Source: Mytilus californianus (Eukaryota). From it: a stretch of DNA of 64,000 nucleotides. Every line of letters begins with the position of its first letter. Within the stretch, counting starts at the first letter, position 1. The notes under the pieces are model-generated. The model saw nothing but the letters and a program-made list of their open reading frames with translations. It was not told where the DNA came from and did not search any database. The stretch lies in the NCBI RefSeq assembly GCF_021869535.1, contig NW_026262712.1, positions 78,988,001 to 79,052,000 of the forward strand. The letters run 5' to 3'. A program made the position numbers and the translations under genes. Below are positions 39,301 through 48,836 of this stretch, piece after piece.

Positions 39301-40183
39301 GGTGTTTCACAAAGCTGTCTTAGGACTAAAACATGTCTTAGGATGGTCTTACGGCATATCTTAGTCCTAAGTGGGTTCCACAAATTGGTCCTAACTTAGG
39401 ACATCTTTCAAACTTGGTCATAAGGTTAGTACTACACGAGAGGTGTCTTATGATGGTCTTGGAATAGCCATCAGTTAAAAAACAAATATAAATTACACTT
39501 ATTTTTATATTAATTTTGCAAATTCTAATCTCCTTTTTCTGCTCATAACTAAATCTTTATAGGTTGACGGATTATGAAACTGATTTATCAACAATTAACG
39601 TTCGATTTATTTATAGCAATAATGCACGATTTTATCCTTTAACTTTATTATAACCGAAACAGTGACAAATTGAATTCAACTCACTTGTACAAAAAAAAAA
39701 TGTCATTATTTGATTTTATTTTTTTCAATTTTGTATTGAATTTATATATTGGTGTATTATTAATAGATTATTTATATAAATTACAGTTACTTTTTATATT
39801 AATTTTGCAAAATATTTAATTATGGAATATTACTCAATACGTTTTAGTAATTTATGGGAAACACATACTATATTTACATGAATTTTTCCATACATATTAT
39901 ATTAATTTTGCAAATTATCTAAATATTGAATATTAATCAATACGGTCCAGTAATTTATGGTAAACACATACTATCTTTACATGAATTTTTCCATAAATCC
40001 ATGTTAATATTTAAAAATTTAAAGAACTTGCGACAGGTTTAGGATATTTTTGCTATGATCATCCTAAGACACCTTCAAGGCGAGGTCTGAGATATGTCTT
40101 AAGATAGTCTTAAGAGGATCATAAGACATGTCCTAAGATACATCTTATGACAGGTCTTAGAATAGGTTCGTTAAAATGGCCCC
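39301..40183. mobile_element. Fold-back/MITE-like element with about 160-bp diverged inverted arms rich in cttag/ctaag motifs
   Basis: catgtcttaggatggtctta (left) vs taagaggatcataagacatg (right), and aggtgtcttatgatggtc vs gatcatcctaagacacct. The interior has a 103-bp tandem duplication (about 39825-40000). Confidence 0.55.
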
Positions 40184-41017
40184 TGGTGTCCACAATTAAA
40201 ATTTTGATTTTCAATACAATTCCCTTGAACCAGTTCAATATATATCCTGTTTTTTTCTAACGTAGGTTCTTCTTTCAAATATTAGTATATATCATTACTC
40301 TACATTTTTTTTATATATTTTGAGAACATAATAGGCTTGTTCATAAGGTAGTTGATTGTAGATTATTCTTCTATTTTAAGAATTATCATGGTCTTCAATC
40401 AACTTTAAACAGATTATTTTATACTCCTTCTTATATATTAAAAGTAAACTTTGAAGTCGTATCGTCTTGCTAATTGATTTTCTTTTTTGTATATGCATCT
40501 TTATGACCATGACCTATGGTGTTTGACCCAAAACTGTTATGTTTATATTTCAAAGTATAATTATATTTCCTTGTTTTATCCTTAAAAATCATCTTACCAA
40601 AGATAAAAGTGAACGTATTGTTCTTTTCCTTTTTTGACGTTGACAGAACCGAGCCATATTCAAAACTATCGTATAGTGTAACACTACTTTTGGACGATAT
40701 ACTAACATAACTATAGTGCATTATCTGAATAACGATTTCGGAGTAGCGTGACAGGAAGAACATACGAGTTGTATTCTTTTAAACATTGGCATCTATTCCA
40801 TGACAACTGAATTATTAACAGTATGTATGTGGGTAAACAATGAATTTTTCAAGTCACACATATAGGAAAAATATTAAGGTAGATATTTTACACTACAAAC
40901 TAATATTAAATTTAGAAAAAAAAACGACCGGATTACATAAATAATATATCACACACAAGCCGAAAAAAGATAGATAAACACTATGAAAAACAAAAACGAA
41001 ACACGTATTAACAACAT

Positions 41018-41120
41018 AGATATAAGAAGATGTGGTATGAGTGCCAATGAGACAACTCTCCATCCATGTCACAATTTGTAAAAGTAAACCATTATAGGTC
41101 AAAGTACGGCCTTCAACAGT
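41018..41120 (-). mobile_element. Short family 4 3'-end fragment, 165 nt upstream of the buccalin acceptor
   Basis: Near identical to 45625-45720. Confidence 0.8.
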
Positions 41121-41264
41121 CCACATACACTGCACATAAATCCAGATTAAGCAATATATCCTGCACAAAAACAGAGGTGCCCTAAACATATTAATTTGCT
41201 CATGTTCAACAAGTTGACGTTTTAGTTAAAACACTTATTATCATGATTATCTACTGTTATTTTG

Positions 41265-41325
41265 CAAATTCTTTTTCTTTGTAGATTGAAGAAGTAAAAT
41301 AACAGACGGGAAAAAGAACAATATA
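41265..41325 (+). other. Splice acceptor and 5' UTR portion of the buccalin coding exon
   Basis: Polypyrimidine tract ttctttttctttgtag with AG at 41283-41284; the exon starts at 41285, 41 nt before the ATG. Confidence 0.75.
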
Positions 41326-42120
41326 ATGGTGTCAAATGTACAATTGCGTTATGTTGCTTCAGCAGTAATATACTTAATACTTTTATGCAACGAACTTGTT
41401 TGTCAAGAAAGCACTGAACTGTCAAAAGATGATGAATTATTACAATACAAAAGAAAAATGGATATGTATCGATTCCATGGAGCATTAGGTAAACGACAGA
41501 ATGAACAACCGATTCCTGAAGATCAGTTTGAAAAAAGAAAAATAGACTACGCCAGGTTTTTAGGTTCTCTAGGAAAGCGCGCAACTTTTGACGATAGCTA
41601 TCCAGAAGTAGAACGAAGATCTAAATATGATAGATTTATGTTCTCACCAAGCTTAGGTAAACGATATGTAGATCCACAAGAATCCATTGAAGCAGATAAA
41701 CGACGTCTTGACCGCTTCTCGTACTTTGGCAATCTTGGGAAAAGAGGAATGGATAAGCTGTCATATTTTGGAAGTCTAGGGAAACGTGGCCTTGACAGAC
41801 TATCTTTCTTTGGAGGGCTTGGGAAAAGAAGGCTTGATAGACTGTCATACTTTGGAGGGCTTGGTAAAAGAAGTGGAGATACGGATGAAAGGTATAATAA
41901 TATTGACAGTGCTGACAATTACAATTTGTATGATGTAAATGATATTTTGCCTGCGCGCGAAACTAGATCATGGTACTGGACAAATAGAGGTACAAAGCGG
42001 TTACCAGTTTCAATCAGGGGCATTGATAAATATTCACTGTTCGGTTCACTTGGTAAAAGAAGCATAGATCAAGAACGACTTCAAGAAATTTTAGGAAAAA
42101 GATTATTATCTAGTGTGTAA
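41326..42120 (+). CDS. buccalin: Buccalin / allatostatin-A type neuropeptide precursor (264 aa)
   Basis: Hydrophobic N-terminal signal peptide (about aa 1-26), then nine L-G-KR amidation/cleavage sites releasing KMDMYRFHGALa, KIDYARFLGSLa, SKYDRFMFSPSLa, RLDRFSYFGNLa, GMDKLSYFGSLa, GLDRLSFFGGLa, RLDRLSYFGGLa, (LPVSIR)GIDKYSLFGSLa and SIDQERLQEILa. The pattern matches Aplysia buccalin A (GMDSLAFSGGLa). Four peptides lie in 42-bp tandem units at 41704-41871. Confidence 0.95.
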   Translation: MVSNVQLRYVASAVIYLILLCNELVCQESTELSKDDELLQYKRKMDMYRFHGALGKRQNEQPIPEDQFEKRKIDYARFLGSLGKRATFDDSYPEVERRSKYDRFMFSPSLGKRYVDPQESIEADKRRLDRFSYFGNLGKRGMDKLSYFGSLGKRGLDRLSFFGGLGKRRLDRLSYFGGLGKRSGDTDERYNNIDSADNYNLYDVNDILPARETRSWYWTNRGTKRLPVSIRGIDKYSLFGSLGKRSIDQERLQEILGKRLLSSV

Positions 42121-42393
42121 GTCAAGGACACCGCATGTAACCCTTACTTTACCCTTTCCTCTCATTTAACCTTGCATGTTTCTTTACTGAGCTGTACGTT
42201 TCCATTTTATTGTTAATTTAGCGCTTGATATAAACGCTAATATATGGCCACAAGCATGTTTTATTAAACTATAATTGAATGATTACCTTGAAATCTAATT
42301 GCATATACCTTTATATATCTAATTAAACACATAATTTCAATCTTTGATTATATATGCATTAATACCTGCTATCCTGTGGTTATCCAGAGTAAA

Positions 42394-42449
42394 AATAAAT
42401 CTTTGAATGCATTGTTTTTACAACTACGCTTAAATATCGGCCAAATAAA
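42394..42449 (+). terminator. Candidate polyadenylation signals of the buccalin mRNA
   Basis: AATAAA at 42394-42399 and 42444-42449, about 275-325 nt after the stop codon. AT-rich context makes chance hits common. Confidence 0.45.
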
Positions 42450-43472
42450 AAGAATAACTTGCTTTTGCATGCTTTTGCATATAAATACAAAGAGATGTAA
42501 TCTGATTAAAATACATATACTGAGTCAATGCTTTGCTTAAAAGCGAACTGAGTACACGGGATCATTCATAACGCTGAAATCTTTCTGTTGAAGATATTTT
42601 TGAGAAAAATAAAATACGTTCTGTTTTAAGTGTAAGGGGTGGGGCTAACTTTCACTGTAGTACACTACAATTACAGTTTTGATAGACTTTTATAGTCGCT
42701 ATTCTGTGCACTTGACTTGTGTTTTACCATCTGTGTAAATATTTAGACTTAATATTGACAATGATTGATGTAGGAAACTTTCAGTTCAAATATTTAATAA
42801 AATCTAACTCCCAATATGAAATCATGCAATTTCCAATGTACGACAACTTTTACATCAAACTAGTTAAATAGCAAATGGTGGTCATGTAAGAAAGATTTTA
42901 ATATATATTTGTGACAAACATTATGTGGAGCGTACATATAAGTAAATCATTTGGTATTATATCTCCATTAGTGAAAAAAATATTTCCAAAGATAAAACAT
43001 CAAAATTGGGAATAAGACAATTTTCCCAATTAAATCAGACGAGTACAAACATACCATATACTAAGCTAAATATGAATAGTTTCGGAAATATGTAAATCAT
43101 ACAAATTTTATGTGTATAAAATGAGGAGGTGTGGTAAACAATTAACCAACAAAGGACGAGGGTTTAAACAACTACATGCATAGGTCACCGTACGCATACG
43201 GCCTTCAACTATGAGCAAATCCCTATAGTAAGCTATAAAAGGCCGCAGCATGACAAACAGGGAAAAAATGAAAGAAACAACTAACGACCTGATTTATACT
43301 ATAAGCAATAAGCGAACAACAATTATAGAAGACAGCAACTAGACATTGGATTACAGGCTCCTAAATTAGTCTAAAGCATAGATTAGTGTACACAGGAACA
43401 ACAAAAGTTGAGGTTATAAAAACATATGGAGATTAAAATAATAGAATCTAAGCATTTCTATTGTAAACTGTA

Positions 43473-44030
43473 AATAAAGGCAACAGTAGTATATCGGTGT
43501 TCAAAAGACATAAATCGATTGAGAGAAAACAACTGCTATATTCCTGACTTGGTACAGGACATGTTAAGAAAAAATGGTGGGTTGAACCTTGTTTTATGGC
43601 TAGCAAAACCTCCCGCTCACATGGCAATGTTTAAAAATATATCGCTAAAATGACAACACTACGTGGACAGAAATACAGCACAAACACTCATCACAGAGAA
43701 ACGCACAAACAAATAATATAGTCGACATACCATGCAAACCGCAGAACAACAGCGAACATCTTCTATCAACGACAGACACTACAGGACATCACAAACAGTG
43801 ACGCACTTACGTACAAACATGCAATCTCGAACATTATACAATTATTTTCGCAAAACCAGTTCAAACAATTTTCATGACAATGATGGAATTGAAAGGCTAT
43901 TTTATAATCATTTGGACTACAAACGATAAGACATAACACATTATCTAACCGAAACCATAACAGAAACATAAAAAATAAATACATGAATGTTGGATGTACA
44001 AAATACCGAGACACGTCGAATAGCAATGCA
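43473..44030 (-). mobile_element. Twister-bearing non-autonomous element, same family as 35159-35550
   Basis: Shared terminus, twister module and upstream segment. Confidence 0.75.
43532..43628 (-). ncRNA. Type P5 twister-like ribozyme (ACC/GGU subfamily), near intact, C^A site
   Basis: P5 AUUGCCAUG/UAUAGCAGU, GCGG-GA-GGU, CAA-CCC-ACC, P4 UCCUG/CAGGA, L4 UACCAAGU (T2 A-U, C-G). Confidence 0.75.
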
Positions 44031-45340
44031 AATTCACACTAACAGTAACTTGTTATTTTGCAGTTGCAGAAATGTTCTTATTACTTCGTAAGCTTCAAGC
44101 ACTATCGTAAAAACTCCATGCGTCCAATACCTTATTACAATCTATTTCCTCATTCTGGATACATCTCCTCAGCAGCACATACCAGTATAAAATATATATG
44201 TCACTATCCTTCTTCTAATCTGTTTTCTTCTTTTTTAATATTATATGTTTATTCCTTTTTTACTAGATATGCTGCAATAGTAATTTATTCCTCTTCAAAT
44301 ATGAAATTTAAGTTTTAATCATGTTAATTATATCCGATATCATTTCATATTTTTTTTTATGTTATTCGGCTCATCATTTAACAGTGTTCAAAATGCATAT
44401 ATATATAAGTTTAAGAGTATTGGTCTATGTTTGGATATCGACATTAAACAAAATGATTCTTCTGTTTTTCAGGGAGTCGTAATTCTTATCAAGATGGACA
44501 TGTCCACTAGACAGATAGCAGAAGTATGGTACACTCATGGTTATAAATTGTACATGTTATCATTATTCATAATTATGTATAGTGGTCTTCATTTTAAATT
44601 TGCAAAATAACATCAGGAGACACAAACATTAGATATATTTTTCATAAACTTTGTTCTTCAATAAAATAAATACATTTCTTTATATACATGTGTGTCAATA
44701 TTAATCCTAAACAGGTCTGTATTTTTGGAATATGATGAAATGAAACTGTACTAACTTTTAATATGCATTTTAGAATAATAATAAAAATAAGATATTTCGG
44801 AATCAGACATTTATGCGAGCTTGACATTATCACATGACGAATTGAATAATAAACATATCATCTTCAAAAATAGAGCATGTATATTCCTGTTGGTTTGTGA
44901 CTGAATAAAGGTTGAACTAAAACAGAAAAATATGTTTGTATTTAAATATTTCAACAAACAGACAGGAAAGATAAAAAAGTTGTCCTCAATTGTTCATGAA
45001 TCAATATTATTTTTTTGATAGTCAAAATTTCGACTTTGGGATTAGAAATATTTAGAATCGACATTAAGTTTTTGATTTTTTTAATAGAAAAATAAAACTA
45101 AATTTGGACGACCAGTATATGTTTAAAGAATTTATTTCAATTAATGTCAATATAAACGAATATAAATAAAATGAGATACATGTACAAAAACAAAATTATT
45201 TTAATTCAAATCCTTGATAAAAAAATCGACAGAGCACATTTAAGTCGTTTTCGTCATAGAACTCCGTCGACCTTTTATGTATTGCTTATGGTTAAATTTA
45301 AAATGTTGAATGCATCGACAGCAGATTGTGCGTTATCTCA

Positions 45341-45560
45341 AATAAAATTGAGAATGGAAATGGGAAATGTGTCAAAGAGACAACAACCCGACCAAAGAGC
45401 AAAAACATCCCAAGGCCATCACTGGGTTTTCAATGCAGAGAGACAATCCCGCACTTAACTCCGAAACATAAAAATGAGCAAAAATTAAAAAAAAAAAAAA
45501 CAACATACAAGACTAACAAAGGCTAGAGGTTCCTGACTTTGGACAGGCGCAAAAATGCGG
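45341..45560 (-). mobile_element. Internally deleted 3'-end fragment of PLE family 1
   Basis: Same 3' terminus and 3' UTR; homology stops at 45560, inside the twister module. Confidence 0.8.
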
Positions 45561-45624
45561 TACCCTATAATGTATTTACAATTGTTAACATAATGTATCA
45601 TATTTCTATCAAGATTATAATAGT

Positions 45625-46045
45625 ATAGATATAAGAAGATGTGGTATGAGTGCCAATGAGACAACTCTCCATCCAAGTCAAAATTAAACCATTATAGGTC
45701 ACAGTACGGTCTTCAACACGGAGCTTTGTCTCACACCGAACAGTAAGCTATAAAGGGCCCCAAAAAAATACTAGTGTAAAACCAATCAAACGGGAAAACC
45801 AACGGTCTAATCTATATAAAAAACGAGAAACGAGAAACGAGAAACACTTATGAACCACATCAACAAACGACAACTACTGAACATCAGATTCCTGACTTAG
45901 GACAGGTGCAAACAAATGCAGCGGGTTTAAACGTTTTAATGGTACCAAACCTTCACCCTTTTTCTGAAACAATAGTGTAACATCACAACATAGAAAGACA
46001 CACTATAAAATATCAACTGAAATAGCTTAACTCAATCAAAAGACA
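45625..46045 (-). mobile_element. Non-autonomous PLE-like element, family 4 (aagatgtggtatga terminus), carrying the intact twister
   Basis: Terminus aagaagatgtggtatgagtgccaatgagacaact is shared with copies near 5380, 5540, 6975, 8375, 33410, 41025, 43130, 46440 and 52530. Confidence 0.75.
45884..45967 (-). ncRNA. Type P5 twister-like self-cleaving ribozyme, apparently intact (best copy)
   Basis: UCAGA-AAAA-GGGU-GA-AGG-[UUUGGUACCAUUAAAACGUU]-U^AA-ACCC-GCU-GCA(UUUGUU)UGC-A-CCUG-UCCUAAGU-CAGG-AA-UCUGA. P5 UCAGA/UCUGA, P2 ACCC/GGGU, P3, P4 CCUG/CAGG, T1 CCU/AGG, T2 GC/GU. Predicted cut between 45929 and 45928. Confidence 0.85.
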
Positions 46046-46134
46046 TATTAACACCATTGAACATACACTGAACAAATAAATTTGACCTATGACACAATGT
46101 AAATACAAAAATAAAAAAAAAATAGGTTCACTTA

Positions 46135-46330
46135 TAAGAGAGGCGAAAGATACCAAAGGGATATTCAAACTGACAGCATCGTGGCTACAAAAGAAAAAAA
46201 GACCAACTGACAAATAACAGTACACAAAACAAAACATAGAAAACTAAAGACTGAGCAACACGAGCCCCACCAAAAACCTTGGGGTGATCTCAGGTGCTCC
46301 GGGAGGGTAGACAGATCCTGCTCCACATGT
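46135..46330 (-). mobile_element. PLE family 3 3'-end fragment truncated in the CCACATGTGG palindrome
   Basis: Best-preserved module sequence (46256-46330); homology stops at ccacatgt. Confidence 0.7.
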
Positions 46331-47028
46331 TAGATCAGTTCGATATTTTGCTATGATGCTCCATCATAAGAATTTAGGTTAAGGTAATTGTAAAATGTTC
46401 AAGTGTTTTAAGATCAGTAATTCAAATATGAACAAAAGGAGATGATGGTATATATGTGTCAATGAGACAGTAACATGAAGACCTTAAAACATTTTAAAAA
46501 CTAAAAGACAAATCAAAATAATATTAGCAGGCAGTTAATACGATATGCCAAGCTCTAAAGTGCGTTGAAATGTTATAAACAGATTTATTACATTTAACAT
46601 AGACTATCAAAGATCTGCCATACATACCGGATCATACCGAATCCCTCTCAGAAAATAAAGCATTGATATAACACAAAACACAACAAAGCAAGTTCCTGAC
46701 TAAGAATAGGCATACAATCATGTGATGGGACTAATCTATTCGACCATTGGACTAATTCAAGATATATAAAAGAACATATAATTACAATTATATCACTAAA
46801 CTCACTTTACCCTTACATAGCGGTATGAAAAATAACAAAAATAAAATAGTAAACGAAACAATAATAAACATTACAGTACCGAGAATGCCCGCAGTTACTT
46901 ACTAGTAATGAAGGAAATAAAGTGGACCTTAGATGAGTTTGTCTATTCTTTTTAGGTTCCTTCTGGTCATACAACTTCTTACGTTTCTACGTATTTATAC
47001 ATCCAATGCTTTCAAACGTTTAGGTTGA

Positions 47029-47070
47029 GCGTTTCTAATGGGGATAAGTCCAGAAAACTGCTTCGGACGC
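47029..47070 (+). ncRNA. Decayed hammerhead-like relic, third family (related relic at about 61861-61925)
   Basis: GCGUUU-CUAAUGG-GGA(UAAG)UCC-A-GAAA-ACUGCUUC-GGACGC; stem I GCGUUU/GGACGC, core mutated. Confidence 0.4.
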
Positions 47071-47271
47071 ACGAAATTTACCAGTAAATATTGTTTCCTT
47101 CATTCATGTATAGTAAGAGTATTCAATATGTCGCTATGGCCAGAACAAACCTGTACATATTTCCAATGACGAAAAGCCCGAAATAATTTATCATTTCTGT
47201 TATATTTTTATTATTGATGTTAAATCTTTGCTAGTATGATAGATTGTTCGGTGTTCTATTTTTGTTAATAT

Positions 47272-48130
47272 GATTAACGCCCACAAGGTTAGTTCGAGAC
47301 CTTTCTAGATTGAGGTCCACAAGGTGTGCTCGAGACTTTTCTAGATTAACATCCATGACCTTTCTAGATTAACGTCCACAAGGTATGCTCGAGACCTTTC
47401 TAGATAAACGTCCACAAGGTATGCTCAAGACCTTTCTAGATTAACGCCCAAAAAAGTATGCTCGAGACCTTCCTAGATTAATGTCCACAAAGTATGTTCG
47501 AGATCTTTCTAGCACAAGGTATGCTTGAGACATTGCTAGATTAACCTTCACAAGCTTAATGTATAATCGAGACCTTTCTAAATTAACGCCCACAAGGTAT
47601 GCCCGAGACCTTTCTAGATTAACGTCCACAAGGTATGCTCGAGACCTTGCTAGATTAACTTTCACAAGCTTGATGTATGATCGAGACTTTCTAGATTAAA
47701 ACCCACATAATATGCTTTAGACCTTTCTCGATAAACGCCCACAAGGTATGCTCGAGTCCTTTCTAGAATAACGTCCACAAGGTATGCTCGAGACCTTAAT
47801 AGATAAACGTTCAAAATGTATGCTCGAGATCTTTCTAGATAAACGTACACAAAGTATGCTCAAGACCTTTCTAGATTAACATCCACAAGGTATGCTTGAG
47901 ACCTTGCTAGATTAACTTTCACAAGCTTAATGTATGATGGAGACCTTTCTAGATTAACGCCCACAAGGTATGCTCGAGACCTTTCTATATTAACGTCCAC
48001 CAGGTATGCTCGAGACCTTTCTAGACTAACTTCCACTAGCTTAAGGTATGCTCGATACTTTTCTAGATTAACGTCCACAGGGTATTCTCGAGACTTTTCT
48101 AGATAAGTGCCATTAGGTATGCCCGGGACC
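47272..48130. repeat. 36-bp minisatellite, about 23 units
   Basis: Consensus acaaggtatgctcgagacctttctagattaacgtcc with recurrent 42-bp variant units. Confidence 0.95.
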
Positions 48131-48836
48131 AAAAGAGTCGGCTCTAAACGGTAAAAAGTTAATTTTGATTTTGCTATTTGATAAGAGACCTACCGTTTTG
48201 AATTTTCCTTGGAGTTCGGTATTTTTGTTATTTTACTTTTTACGTCGTTTATTTTTGTTTGTAATCAGTGTAAAACTATTTTTATATTTTGGTTTGATCT
48301 GTTTTATTTACTGTAAATCTTGTTTTCCCTTTTAATGTTTTATTTAAAAGTGATACGTAATATGGTAATTATAAGGTTGCTACACTATATCAATTTATAC
48401 TCTATCCCTAGCATGCTTTACTACAAGTAATCAGTATGAAAACAGATTTAGTTGTATCGTTAGGGTCAGATCATTTAACAGCAAAGGGGATCATACTTTT
48501 TATTGTATTATTAAATATTTATCTTTGACCTGTAGTTAACACCTTTTACAAAGCCATATTAGATATATGTATAATTAAACTCAAATCTCAAGAATAAATA
48601 ATTACAAGATAAGTTTTTATGTATCAGAATCGTATAAATTAGCCATCCTTGATACACGCACTATGTCATTGTAATTATAACTCACGCTACAAAGAAGCGG
48701 GAGAGGGTATATAGTTTTTGATCCGTGTTTCAGTCAGTCCGTCATTCATTTTTGTTTGCGGGTGCTCACTCAAATAATGTATATCCGATTGCTACCATGC
48801 TTGGCAATTTGATCACATATAATAAGAGGAAGGTCA

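Noticed and set aside
41598-41918. Antisense ORFs overlapping buccalin (106 aa, 70 aa, and 120 aa at 41222-41584)
   Set aside because: Shadow frames of the repetitive sense CDS; low complexity and no independent features.
46256-46330. HDV-like ribozyme reading of the family 3 module (GGGUGCC/AGCACCU resembles CPEB3 P1)
   Set aside because: No 3-bp P3 with 7-nt L3, no C-G/A-A J4/2 and no adjacent P2; the CAACACGA/UCGUGUUG stem does not fit HDV topology.
47441-48132. Repetitive ORFs (RSRAYLVDVNLE) and CRISPR-like appearance of the 36-bp array
   Set aside because: Units are contiguous with no unique spacers, no cas genes, eukaryotic context; the ORFs follow from the 36-bp period and are frame-broken.
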